Assembly: GCF_964204645.1 (NCBI RefSeq) | Contig: NC_134034.1 | Location: 4,748,914-4,812,913 of the forward strand | Direction: 5' to 3' | Length of the DNA stretch: 64,000 nt | Source of the DNA: Tubulanus polymorphus | Lineage: Eukaryota; Animalia; Nemertea | Shown: positions 35,931-48,218 of the stretch, in pieces | Layout: each line of letters begins with the position of its first letter | Numbering within the stretch: position 1 is the stretch's first letter | Made by a program: the position numbers and the translations under genes | Notes under the pieces: generated by a model | The model's input: only the letters and a program-made list of their open reading frames with translations | What the model was told of the DNA's origin: nothing | Database searches by the model: none

Positions 35931-35939
35931 TTACAATTC

Positions 35940-38120
35940 AAGTGCTCTATCACAGGTTCCTCGCAAAAATGTCTTCTTTCGGATAGTTCAAATCTTTTCT
36001 GAAGATTTTTGGTAATTAAAATTGGCCGCTTTTAAATTATCATCAAATACATAACGGAGCATTTTTACTACAAAAAATGATATCAAATGGTTGAGATGAT
36101 TGCTGAAATATGTTGAATGTATGTCTTTGAATTTTCGTTCAGTAACATTGTCTGTCATAAAAAGGGGATTATCACGTTCAGTAGCTATGGTGCGATATAT
36201 CGGCTCAGCATTAAATATTTCTGACCATGTCTCTGATGAAAACCAATTTGTCTCGAGATTATTTATCAAATTTTTCTTTGAGTCATCACTCAGTAAGTTT
36301 GCAGGGATATAATTCTTTATTAAATTGAGAAATTCTTTAGCAAGGAAAGTGCGGGAAGGTTTATCCCATGAGCGCATAACACATTTACATCCCGTCTCTA
36401 GCGGCCTCATAAGCAATTTTAATTGTGAATCATCATTCAAAGTACGTCTAATGCACTTTAAAGCATGAAAATTACAGAGAACAGACAGCAAACCGTTTAA
36501 TCATGCTCCCCTTTTAAGGGCAGTATCTTTGTCATGTTGTACCAGAGAGGAAAGGGGTTGAATGAAAGAACATGGACGGATTGAGAAAAACCACTGCCAT
36601 CATTGTATATATAGAACTCCCTAGGATGTTGATAATCTATCCTTTGACAGGGTGTGTTAGCACATAAAATCTGAAGTGAGAGAGCATGCGAATCTGCATC
36701 ATCAGAATTGCTTACTGAAGCTGCTGCTATACGACCTTTGTTTAAACTATCAGTAAATGTAATAAAGCTGGTTTTGAATCTAACTGCATTGAAATCATGC
36801 TTAAAATCATGCTTAACATCCATTCCTATAACTGAACGGCCAAATTTTGATAGATATGAAAGATTTTTTTCAGGAGCTAATACAAAATGATAATTTCTTA
36901 TCAGACTCCGATCTCCCCTTTGAAATATAATCACAGATTCCACTTCAGTCTCTAATAGTTTTTCAGTATTGCGCCAATCTGAGCCAACCAAAGGGATATC
37001 ATCTTGGCTTCGCATACTTTTTTTAACAGCCTCCCTATCGATATAATGCAATCGATCACTTACTTGCTTTAATGTATGATTTACTGAGGAGCTTTCTTCA
37101 TTTTCAATTGACAAATGGACTTTCTGTGGATGGTTTGTAGCAGAAAGAACTTGTTTTGGAGTAGCTTTAAGTACAATTCATTGTAGATCCCACTTAGCTC
37201 TGGTTGCTAGGGATGGACGTTTATTTGATTGTACAGGAACACTGATGATATTTACCAGTATCGCAATGTTTATATATCTTCCATGTTGAAAGGTTATCAT
37301 TGTATAAGACAAGCTTTATTTTCCAATTGCAAACTAGATGAGGGTGATGAAGGCGTTTTGGTTGATTACTTAAACTTGCCTGGGCTGGTCGATCTTTTTT
37401 TGTTCTCAATTTATAATTGTTGCAAATAACACAAAGTTTCCTACCATCAGTGTCTAAAACCCATTTTTGACTAGACACAGATGTACAGTGCTCCCAAATG
37501 TTAGGCAATTCTTAATTCAGATGACAAGCAGTGCAGTTCATGGCTGTTATTGATCTATCTAAACCACTAAGTAATTCACTACATGCTGAGCGACAATCAT
37601 TTGACTTAGTTCAACATGTTATGATCATTTCAACAACTTTTTTCCCATGAGGTTTTTCATTGATTCCTGATAATGAACTCATATTTTTCATCAAATCTGT
37701 GAGTTTTCCCCCATCCAGCCTTTTCTGTTACAGATACCTTCATAGCTGTTTGATTACCCGGATAAATAACACGCAGATTTTTGTCAAACATAGACATTTT
37801 TGGTGATATCAAATGTAAATTTACTGAAGTGATCTTTGGTTTCAACACCAGTTTCTAATTCACCATCTTCAATCCACTGAATAGTAGTGAATTCTCGAAT
37901 CCAATTACAAGCCTCTCTATTGTTCAAAAACTCATTGATTCTATCCATTGATTCCTTATCATCCTTACCAGCATCCGAGCATGGGAATGTTTTATGTAAC
38001 TACTTTCCCGTTTTCAAAGTGATTTTTAATTCTAATATGTGATTAGAGATTCTGCACCGATGATCAATTTTTGGTTTCCCTTTAATTAATTCGCTTAACT
38101 TGTTTGAATATTTTTTGCCA
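35940..38120 (-). pseudogene. MULE-type DDE transposase with an upstream FAR1/WRKY-GCM1-like region, frameshifted
   Basis: VCNWKIKLVLY...WKI; VIGMDVKHDF; QHDKDTAL (~36540-36515, other frame); VLCNFHALK; MTDNVTERKF. Confidence 0.65.
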
Positions 38121-39485
38121 CTAAAAGGCTGCTTCCAGTAGGGCCTTGAGGTTTCTTGAGGTTAGCGTGTGTATACGATTCTTTTTCTTCTTTGATACTG
38201 GTATTTCAAAGTCATCGTCATCGTCATCATTATCAGAAATTGTGATTATCTTAGTACCTTTCCTTTTCAGTTTATATACAAGACCATTCTCTCTTGGTAT
38301 CACCAAAGAATCAGTTGAATAAATATGACTCAACTGAATTGATTGTCCAATTATCCAGTCAATAAGAACTTTGCGTATAAAATGTGAATGTTTGCTTATG
38401 TCATGTAAATATCCAATTTTTGAAGATATAGGGCTGAAACTAGTTAGATTTGAAAATTCCTCAATATCCTGGGCCGCAAGACATCCTATGAGTACAGCAG
38501 ATGGACCACAGACCAAACTACACGTTTGAATAGGATAAAGAGGTGCACAAGATCTACTACAATTGACAAATCGGCGGCTTGCGTTATGATGTTCTGTATC
38601 ATGGCAACAAAGAAGAGTGGGCAATGGGAGTTTATAATTTGAACATAGCTCGTTGATATTAGCCACTAATGGACAAGACCAGCCCAATGTGTCCAAATAA
38701 AAGGGCTTGTTGTTTACCTTATCATAAACTGCAAGGGCCCAATGATTAGCATTTTGAGCATTTAAAACAGAAACATTATCAATGCAGCCAACATGAAGGA
38801 AAAAGATCATTCTATCACATTGTTCAATAGAACCAAACCTTTTTAAAAGACGACCAGATATTGACAGGGAAAATGTCTGATTCATAACATCAGCAAACAA
38901 GCGAGGAGAGGTATGATTAATCAAACTGGCAAAGGCGTGCATAATCGAACCTTCATACCATTTATCTAAATACATAGTTAGTAATTCATCAACTTGAGCA
39001 CTATAATTTAAAAGTTGAATGAATTTGTCATCAGCCATTTTAGTTACACACTCAAAGAAATATTTTAAATTGTTAGCACTGTGGACAGTTTCAGTGCGAG
39101 GGTGGTTGGAGGGTTCAGAATCAAACCAGTCACATACTTTCTTAAATTCATTTTTCTTTGCTTTGACAGTAGTTAAGATATAAATAAACCTGTTTATCTC
39201 ACCGAAACTAAAGCATCCATAATCGAGTTTTACATGCGCATGCCTTGCTCCGGTTGTCAGTCTATCTTGAAGTTGAGTTTTGATCTGGTTAAGCTGGTTT
39301 AAAGGTGGTGTGTATCTTGATTGATCTGCTTTCTTGCACTCTTCAGACAAACAAATAACAAAATCTATGTTAGTTGATAATCTGGTTTCTGGAATAATGA
39401 AAGTTGAAAAATACTCTAGCCCATCTCTTGTCTCATTAGTTGCTGTCTCAGCATTCATGTCGCTGGTTTCATAATCACTGATCAT
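38121..39485 (-). CDS. Ulp1/SENP-like (C48) cysteine protease domain protein, probably the N-terminal part of the MULE ORF
   Basis: 454-aa ORF with W(Y)EGSIMHAF, NHWALAVYD, YLDTLGW and PIQTCSLVCG, giving the His-Asp-Gln-Cys catalytic arrangement. Confidence 0.75.
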   Translation of the reverse strand: MISDYETSDMNAETATNETRDGLEYFSTFIIPETRLSTNIDFVICLSEECKKADQSRYTPPLNQLNQIKTQLQDRLTTGARHAHVKLDYGCFSFGEINRFIYILTTVKAKKNEFKKVCDWFDSEPSNHPRTETVHSANNLKYFFECVTKMADDKFIQLLNYSAQVDELLTMYLDKWYEGSIMHAFASLINHTSPRLFADVMNQTFSLSISGRLLKRFGSIEQCDRMIFFLHVGCIDNVSVLNAQNANHWALAVYDKVNNKPFYLDTLGWSCPLVANINELCSNYKLPLPTLLCCHDTEHHNASRRFVNCSRSCAPLYPIQTCSLVCGPSAVLIGCLAAQDIEEFSNLTSFSPISSKIGYLHDISKHSHFIRKVLIDWIIGQSIQLSHIYSTDSLVIPRENGLVYKLKRKGTKIITISDNDDDDDDFEIPVSKKKKNRIHTLTSRNLKALLEAAF

Positions 39486-40536
39486 TATAATTTCCTCATA
39501 GTCACCACCGCTAAAACTTGAAAATAATTGCTATCATTATCAATCAGGGAGATATTATCATTACATGACCAATCAAATCGATATTTACCTGGATACAAAA
39601 TTATAAGCTTCCTTATCCTTGCGCGTAGAATCCTGCTCTGTATCATCTCTCAGCAGTTTTTCACTGAAATGAAATTCATATTCTTGCATTATTTACATTC
39701 ATAATTCCAAAGATTTACCAAGCAACAGCATGGTTACAGTAAAAGCACTTAAGTAGATTAACAAGAAGAACCTAAGGATAGAATAATTATTTGTTTGAAT
39801 AATTCATAGCAGCTCCACTTGCGGTCAATTTCATCTAATATCAACTCAGGCCCATGCAATTTTCATTCTATTTAAGCATGGAGAATATATATTACGAGGG
39901 ATTGATTATGTATGAAACAGCGCTGGCCTAACGAATGGTCGGTTATGCGGTGAGCTTTTTATATAGTAATAATATTTTGCTCATTTCATCTAATGATCCA
40001 TACGTGAATAATGGTGAAAGTAACTCCTAATGCATTGACTTTGATATGACACGCTGAGTGGTATTCCATGAAAAAAATGAGCACCATCGACAGAATGCCC
40101 GAGTGTAGCAAGGTCAATAGGGGGATGATCCTCATTTCCAGCTAAAGGGGTTCGATGCAGCAGGAAAACGACAGAAACCCTCATCCCTTCTTCCGGTGTC
40201 AGCAAATCAAATAATCGCAAGATTTCAAGTTTGATTGAAATGTATGTATGATTGATCAAATATATATTTTTCTTTCTTTTAACTACAAATTTCATCTTTC
40301 TCGATGCCAAGAGGACATCACGTCAGCATGCAAAATAGCTCGATTCTGCACGTTTTGATATTGAAAGATATCCCATTTTTGGCTTGCAAAGCCTCAACAT
40401 ATTCATCGGTACATTCAATGTACGACTACACGTCAAAGAGACGACCGATCGTCGGATAGATGCAATGGCGCGGCAATCTTCGGCGTGTATACTACGATAA
40501 GGTCAACGATTGTAGCTTTGTAGCTAATCAATGAAT

Positions 40537-40649
40537 AAATATACGACGGAGCGTCATATAGTTAAAGACGAGCGTTGTCGTTAATTAACGGTTAAGAAAT
40601 ATACGACGGAGCGTCAAATAGTTAACGACGAGCGTTGCCGTTAATTAAC
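40537..40649 (+). repeat. 60-bp tandem repeat, ~2 copies
   Basis: aaatatacgacggagcgtca.atagttaa.gacgagcgttg.cgttaattaac occurs twice. Confidence 0.85.
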
Positions 40650-41699
40650 AATAGCGGGCCAAATTGACTACCGGTATATCGTTGACGCAAACTCGCAGAG
40701 TCGAGACTCAGGGACGTTCCGTAGGAAATGAAACTACAGCGTATTTGAAAAAGGAGTAATGCTGAATGTAGGAGACTACCATGGTCGTCAGGTGAATTTA
40801 TGGAGAATTTATAATATTTACAGGATTATATTTACTGGATTGCCCATTACCGTCTGATGACACGGCCCCCGGGCGCATCGGTAGGGTGTCAAAAACCGCA
40901 ACAACGATCCCGGTTAGGCCAGATGACGCGGAGACCTGTGTCTTAGATGAAAAGTGAAATTGTCTTCTTACATGATCTATCTCTGATTTAAGCGTTCGTA
41001 AAAGTTTATAGGATGTCTGTAGAAAGAATGAAGATTCTTCAAGTGGGCTCTGCCAGAGCCAAGTTGCCAATGAGCGCGATTGCACTAAATTTATAGTTTT
41101 TATGTGGTCAATGCTCGCGGTGATTGGTCAAGCGTTTAGAGCAATGATACGCTTCACGGACGAAGTTAAGTACGTAAAATCATTCGACCGTGACGAACGA
41201 TAATACCCTGTATAAAGACGTAAAACGCGAAAAATAGAATCACATTATTTGCTACAAAATAAACCAGAGTAAACCACACCATCGCGAAAACGATCACACG
41301 GTGAGGCGACGCCAGCGAGCGGCGTCGTGGAATAATCGTAAACACGAGCAGGGCTGGCGAATTCCCTGGTGACGAGACGGAACCAAAACAGCCCAAAATC
41401 ATAGAATTGGATCCCGAATATAAAAAGGCGAACAAACACTGCTCTAATAGGTAGGTGGAGTATAAAAGAATGGCCGAAAAATTGCTAATATCACCGCAAT
41501 GTGGCGCAGCCCAAGTCGTAAAATTGTAGTCTGACAGAACTGCCAAAATCTGTCACATAGATTGTGCCGAAAAGATACCGAAACATCACCAAAGAACGCC
41601 CAACCCGGAATACGAATACCTAACAAAATGGCTTAAGGCCATTCCGAAATACATAATCATGCTAAAAGACCCACATTATGTGGTCGAAACCCAAGATAT

Positions 41700-42045
41700 A
41701 AACAATTTTTCGCCACAAAAGCAACAAGTTTTAATGTTTCATGACTTCAGTTTGAGTCCTGACAGGTTTAGTGACTCAAAATATTTAATTAAAATATTCA
41801 CATCCCAGATCTGTACATATCTTGGTAATGCCGGCCTTCTATTATACACACCCCGCATAAATTTCCTGACCAATACGTGCTCTCCACATGGCTGGCCATC
41901 CAGGGTAATTAAAGACGAAAGTGCTGAACGAGCAGTGTTTATGCTACTATAACCTAGATTACTATGGAACAATGCAGTAAGATAGTCTAATACTTCGACA
42001 GCACTTGGTGAAAAAACATCGGTGGTTTTTTGAGCACAAAATCGT
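41700..42045 (-). pseudogene. DIRS-type tyrosine-recombinase retroelement fragment (integrase N-terminal/core-binding region)
   Basis: VLDYLTALFHSNLGYSSINTARSALSS...GEHVLVRKFMRGVYNRRPALPRY..IWDV. Confidence 0.85.
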
Positions 42046-42154
42046 ATCTATTCGTCCAATTCATATATCTTTGTTAATGTATCTTAGCTCCTAGTTCCGT
42101 TCCTTTGTAACCTCTATAATTTTGAATAACTGTAATTCATTATTGTATTTTTTG

Positions 42155-42200
42155 TTCTTCTGAAGATGAGGTTTAGTTTTACCCTCGAAACTGAAAGGAA
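42155..42200 (+). ncRNA. Degenerate hammerhead-like motif in a solitary Penelope pLTR-like segment (~42060-42290)
   Basis: TTCTT, CTGAAGA, T, GAGG...CCTC, GAAA, CTGAA, AGGAA, overlapping AATAAA. The canonical UH cleavage triplet is missing. Confidence 0.45.
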
Positions 42201-42299
42201 ATAAACTGTTGTTTCGGATCTAACTGTGGGTTTTTATTCGTTATCGACGCACATGTCTATTTTATCAGATATATCACTCGCTGTTTCTATATTTTCACT

Positions 42300-42470
42300 A
42301 TGTAATTGCAAAACTATGAATTCACTCTCTGGATTTGATTAATCGGAGAGCTTAAGAAATTTAGTGCACTTACGATCCTTCGAATCTAGTCTGATTTGCA
42401 GGAAAGCCTTCTCGATGTCCACATGTATTGCAAATGTGTATAGGCGGAAGCGTATCATTATCAACGCTAG
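42300..42470 (-). pseudogene. BEL/Pao LTR-retrotransposon RT fragment
   Basis: Manual translation IMIRFRLYTFAIHVDIEKAFLQIRLDSKDRKCTKFL. Confidence 0.8.
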
Positions 42471-43916
42471 GTAAAAAAGAGTCTTAATTCTTGGTATGAA
42501 TCAGCTCTTAGACTTTTTTGTTCTGTGTGTACAAATTCCAGTCTTTCGGTTACGATTTTTGATATCCACCAGAAGTAACTGGATTAATCTGGGAAAAAGA
42601 TGATATAGCTTTTGATTCCTCACCACCTAGTTGTAACTGTAGTATCGTGTTAGTGACACCTTCCCACATTCATTTGTAATTCAGTAATGTAGCCATTCGA
42701 ACCATAGAGGAATAGAATGTCTCCACTGTTTGTTACCCATTTGGCATTTAAATAGCGACTTACTGGCAGGATGCAGCATTGAACCGACGTTGATGCACCC
42801 CTGAGGGATGTATTATCCCTAATAACTATATGTAATTCATCACAGATATCAGAAGATTTAAGGTATTCATAAAAATGCGCACATTATCATTGCACAATTC
42901 TAATTCTTTGGTAAAATTGTTTTTGTGCCTGGTTTAAGGCAATCAGTTATTTCCATTCGATTCGCAATTGTATTTGGCTATCCTTATTGTATATGATGTA
43001 TTGTTGTAGAAATTTTGGTGGATGGTCTACTGCATGGTCAAGAGAACCAATACAACGAGTAGGGACTAGCCCATGCACTGTAAATGTGGGATTCAGCCAC
43101 TGATGTTAGGAGGATTACATCCAAAGCTAGTCATTTCCTACTGGTTGTAGGAACAGATGTTGCTGAGGAAATCATTTGAATATTCGTCTGTTCCCTTGTT
43201 CAAATTCCTCAGATGAGTGGGAGGTTTGTGATGAAGAGGCAATGATAATTTTCCTGACTAACAACTTTTCAGCTTTCTTCGTTGCACAAAGTTTTATAGT
43301 TTTATGCCAATAGCGGTTTGTTCGAACGCATGTTCAAGACATGAGCACCTATCGATATTTATGACATTCGATTCTTCCGTCCCTCGGTTATATGGCATAA
43401 ACGTACGTTTACCTACATTTATGACGTTTCGATTCCTCATTAACAGGATTTCCTGATGCATTGTAACATCTGTTCAGTGCACCTGCTACGGGAGAGTCGT
43501 TGTTAGACCGTTAAGTAACTCTCACCAAACTCGTAACAAATCTTTATTGTATGAATAAAATTATCAATTCAATAATACATGTATTTTGCATCCCAAGATT
43601 TATTTTCGGAGCAGCAGTTGTTACTTGGCGAAAAAACTGTAAGTATGAATATGCGGATGAATCTTACGCAATACTTATTGGCATAAAACACCGAACTGGT
43701 GAAACTGTATTGTGTAGGATATAATAGAATGTCATTCCTTCAATGGATGCAGTTTGTTTGTAGAGATCTGTTTTGGGCATCTCAATAAATTCATATGTAA
43801 GGGACTCGTGTGCTTGCATATCATGACGCAATTGCTTCTAATTGATGACGCTGCGGCTGCAGCTGGGACTTGATGTCACTTCTTTAACCCTCTATATTTA
43901 CCAGCTGTACTTGTAA

Positions 43917-44700
43917 TTACTTGTCATTGAGAATTGTCTCCTTGTTTTCCAGTAGCAGACTGGCCTTTGATAACACTTCTGTCAATTTTATTGTTTTTTC
44001 ATTTTCAATACCTCCCCAACCTATTTGTTTCTTATTTTTGAGGGGAGGGCCATGGATTCTGTAAGCCTTAATTGTGCCTGTGTAGTGATATCCCCATTGA
44101 GCAAGTTCAGCCTCCATCTGAAGAGTTACTGAAGAAATTAGAGAAATGATTATCTGCGAATATCTTGTAGGGCTTCTTCGGCTGACTTTCACAAAGCTGC
44201 AAGACCCCATTGCCCCAATGACCACAATTGGGCACAGAATTTTCTGACACCTGTTTCATTTCCTTATTACACTGTGCAATTGAGCACAAAACCAGTCGAG
44301 CTACACAAAGCCCACAATTTAAAACCCCACTTTTTAGGCTTTTCAGGCATGTATTGTTTTAAAATGGTGCATCCCTTAATGATTTCATCGACACATAGGT
44401 GCATATTGTCATTACTAAGTACCCGGAAATTAGTGTTTAAGGCATTTATCCAAGGCTACAATTTCCATATTCTGTTAACTTTTGCAGCATCTCCAACTAG
44501 ATTATTGTCAACAAAATGAATGTTGGCCTTGATACTGTAAAATTGGTTACGACTCGCACTATTGTGCACTGGCTTATAGCGTAGATCATTTTGCCAATAA
44601 CACCCAGCAGTGGGCATCCTTATTAAGCCCATGAACATGTCAGAGGCCTAAATATGTCTACATTTCATTTTCAGTGAATCTAAAATTCAGTTCACTTTTT
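43917..44700 (-). pseudogene. Old piggyBac transposase fragment (second family); possible acidic N-terminus at 46432-46707
   Basis: FMGLIRMP..YW, HFVDN, CVDE, QYMPEKPKKWGFKLW, YKIFADNHFS. TTAA-CCC at 43884-43890. Confidence 0.8.
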
Positions 44701-45405
44701 GACAAGCATGATTGAGGTTGGCTTCGCTTTGCCCACTGAGTCAATAATCTAATGATGGGCTATCTTTTATATAGTCAACTTCTGTTTCGAATATGTTGAC
44801 TGGCTATGCTCGACTCTGTCCCCAGAATAACTTACCGGCAATTATTTCTTCGCTACTGTGTTATATTTTGATCTTATTTTAATCAGCTCATCTTTCCTTT
44901 CTTAAAGTCTGTGGTAAACCACTTGGCCCTTAGGAAATTATTTCCTTCTTCACGGAAGTTAAGTGAGATGACTCAGCAGCCTGTGAAGCTGCACACTAAG
45001 GTATCCACGTCTTGAATGTATTGTGTAATCACTGAATGCTGCACGCCTGTAGTCTAGTGTTAGACTGCTGTGTATTGATTATTGGCACGCTACCACAGCA
45101 GTGCGGCTATCTATATAAGGTGCTCATCAGTACCTCGATGAATTTTTGCTCCGGTGTTCCAACTGGATGTGACCTTTGACCCCCATGAGCAGAGATCGAG
45201 GTCTCCAAAAATGGGTCAAAAGGGTCATTCAACGACCTCATAGGTGGTGCTTTAAGACCCCCAGGCCCCTGCTTTCGTACATTAGAACACCAATGGTACC
45301 ACCTATCAAAATATTTGACTGGTGGTACCATTTGGCTTTGTCCATATAGGCCCAGAATAATGGATAAAATCATACGAAACTGGTGGCTCATCATTTTCGT
45401 CGTCA

Positions 45406-45436
45406 TGTCTGTCGGTCTGTCTGTCTGTCTGTCTGT
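45406..45436 (+). repeat. (GTCT)n microsatellite, probably part of another HINE-like element
   Basis: tgtctgtcggtctgtctgtctgtctgtctgt. Confidence 0.6.
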
Positions 45437-48218
45437 GGATGTTTCTGTATGACATGATTTAAGCTATTTAGTGTGGACCAATTTTTCTGTAAATTGGCAC
45501 ATATATTCTGTACTTGGTGTAGATGGCGCAACTTGGTTTATATTTGATTCTGATGTTTATAAGTGCTCAAATTTGGTTGTAAAATAATTAACGTAGTCAT
45601 TAGTTCAAGCCGCTGTAGCGCGTCACTACGGCGACGCTCAATACACTCGCAGTGTGTGTGTGTACACAACTGCGCAGTGAGAACTTTTGGAATTTGGATA
45701 AGGCCGGATCATTCTTTGCAGTTTCAGACAGTCGCTACTTTTTACGTAAAAACCAGCGTAAATCAATTGGCCAGCTGAGATTTACGCCCCGATTATATCA
45801 CTCGAATTTACTGAGTAACCGAGCTTCAATCACAGTCGCAAGAAATATTGATGACACGATCGAAGTTTAATTACATATTCCACAAAAAAGAGGCATTTTG
45901 ATGAATAGAGTTTATTTTGTTTGCAAAAAGCATCATTTAAACACAGAAATAACATCAGCGCACCACAGCAGGTAACGTGCATGCACTTTTTTCCGCAGTG
46001 ATAACACCACACGCCCGTGATCCGTGTTTTGATCAACGCTGAGAACTAATCTTGTGAATTTTGTTTTCCTGTTCCACTTGGTCAATCGAAAGACTAGCTA
46101 TAGGCCCTCGTGGTAGCAGCTAGCAGTAGGCCTTAGGGTTCAGTCTGTGAACAGCTTGAAAACTCACGTGTTGAATCATGGATGTGAAGCTTGTACCCCA
46201 TGGACTGCATTGTCATTGGCCTCTGCCATGGGTTCTTGGCGATTTAGCCGAGAGCAGACTGTATCCAGTGGCCATGTGAAGTATACTCACTGACGTTTTA
46301 CCTTGAATGTATGGATTAAACATGCACCACATCAACACAGTTATGCATTCCATTCACAGTTTCCATTCACTTTTCAAGTTCTAAGTCAATAACGAAACCC
46401 ATCATGGAAAGTTTCTTTCTGGTCAAGTCTCTTACACGTTTCCAAACTGCACCGGTCTCAAATCATAGTCTATTTCATCATTTTCAGATTCAGAATTATT
46501 ACTTGTAATTTCACTTCCCGGTTGAGAATCTTCAGTCACATCTGCACTTAGGCCTACATCAAAATCTGACTCGATCAAGGAGTCTTCTTCATCTGAACTA
46601 ATTTCTGCATCATCCGAATCTAATAATAAATCAGTTATTGCTTGTAAAGTTGTAACAAGTAGTAAGTTTTCGATCGTTCGAACATTTTCGCGGAGGTGAA
46701 GTTTCACCAGATGTACTTGCCATGATTACAATCAGAGAATAATGACCTTGAAGCTTGTATCACAATGAACTAGATGTTATAACTATTACCGGGACATCAG
46801 TAGTCAGTTGCCACAGTCTCAGTCACAGTTGATTGCTCCTGTACTGCCATGACGTGGGGCTCGAAACTGAATCAGAACTAAGAAAGCGACAATATAGTTG
46901 TGGCTCTAATAGGGTCAAACTTGAACATTTGAAAATCCATTTAGGTTTTAATATATAGGCGAGTACACCAATTCCAAGAGGCCCAGTACAACATTTTGAT
47001 AATGAGATAAAACCTTACTTAGCTACAAATGCAATTGAAGGCCATATACCATATTCGGGATGGACTTTCGAGCAATCCAGTCTGCAACAAATTTGTCCTG
47101 ATTCTGCTTAAAGAAGCTGAGGAATCGTTAAGGGGGACACATAATTCATTCGACTATGCCCAGTTACTTCGGGTGTCCTTAAACTCAGCTCCTCTTTAGT
47201 TAACAAAACTTCGTATTCGCACCCCGTTCCTTTAGCCGTCATTCATTACTATCCAAATTATGATCTCAAACCATGGTACTAGCTATTGATTGACTTTTCG
47301 AAGTTATCACATCTGCACAGGAATGATCTATTTGCCTAATGTAATTGCAGTTATTCGAGATATTTTAATTTAACCTGCAGTATTGATCCGTGTTGCACTG
47401 CTAGACTATCAGACCTGCCAACCTTGTGTTTGTCTAAGTCAGAACAATTTCCTAAGTTTTTCAGTAACAAGCAAACAATATTAAAACACTGTTAAACTAT
47501 ATAAACAATTGAATTAATCAACGAACAAATACAACTGGTGATTGTCAGAACAATTTATACTGTAATGAGCACTAGCAAATAAAATTCAAACCTGTTGGCA
47601 TTTATTACTGATGAGGTAATTGTAATCTACTACACATCCTTTAACATAAGTCTGCACCCCTGACATAAAATTAGCAACTGAAACATACTTTAAATTCTTG
47701 AATTCTGAAAAAGAAAAGAAATCATACGTTTATTTTCATAACCAAGAAAAGACAAAATATCGAGGGCCATAGATTCTTAATTGTCTGTTATATTGAGATA
47801 CCTTACTCATCTTTGAAACAGCAAGGACAGGGGGACTTCATCTTGACCACTTTTTCAACTTTTGAAATTGATTATTAATGAAACAATGATATAAGAAGTT
47901 GTACAACTCATGTTGAGATTTATTTGTTTACTTACATGTATTAAGTCGGATGTTGTGTAGCCGGTACGCGTCCGCGATTTAGTGTCATCCTCTGGTAGCG
48001 ACCGATAGGTGTTGTGATCATCAGGTCTCCTCAATAAGCGTGGCTACAGGGTCCGCCTTGGTCCTGTAGTCCCTGGGAGTGAAACTACAAAGGGGAAATC
48101 CTCAGAAAGTTTCTGCTGAAGGGATGGACAGCTTCAGAGACAAAAAGTTTATAGTTCGTAAAAAGGAATAGGGGAGCGAGTGTCAGAGGTAAGTCTTAAC
48201 TATTGACCCAATTACACG

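Noticed and set aside
40850-40900. CTGATGA motif as a third hammerhead
   Set aside because: There is no GAAA after the candidate stem II and no stem I.
42480-43400. Possible further transposase remnant
   Set aside because: Too degenerate; I could not read a convincing motif.
47410-47425. CAGACCTGCCAAC hAT-type terminus
   Set aside because: No partner TIR or TSD was found, so no element could be delimited.
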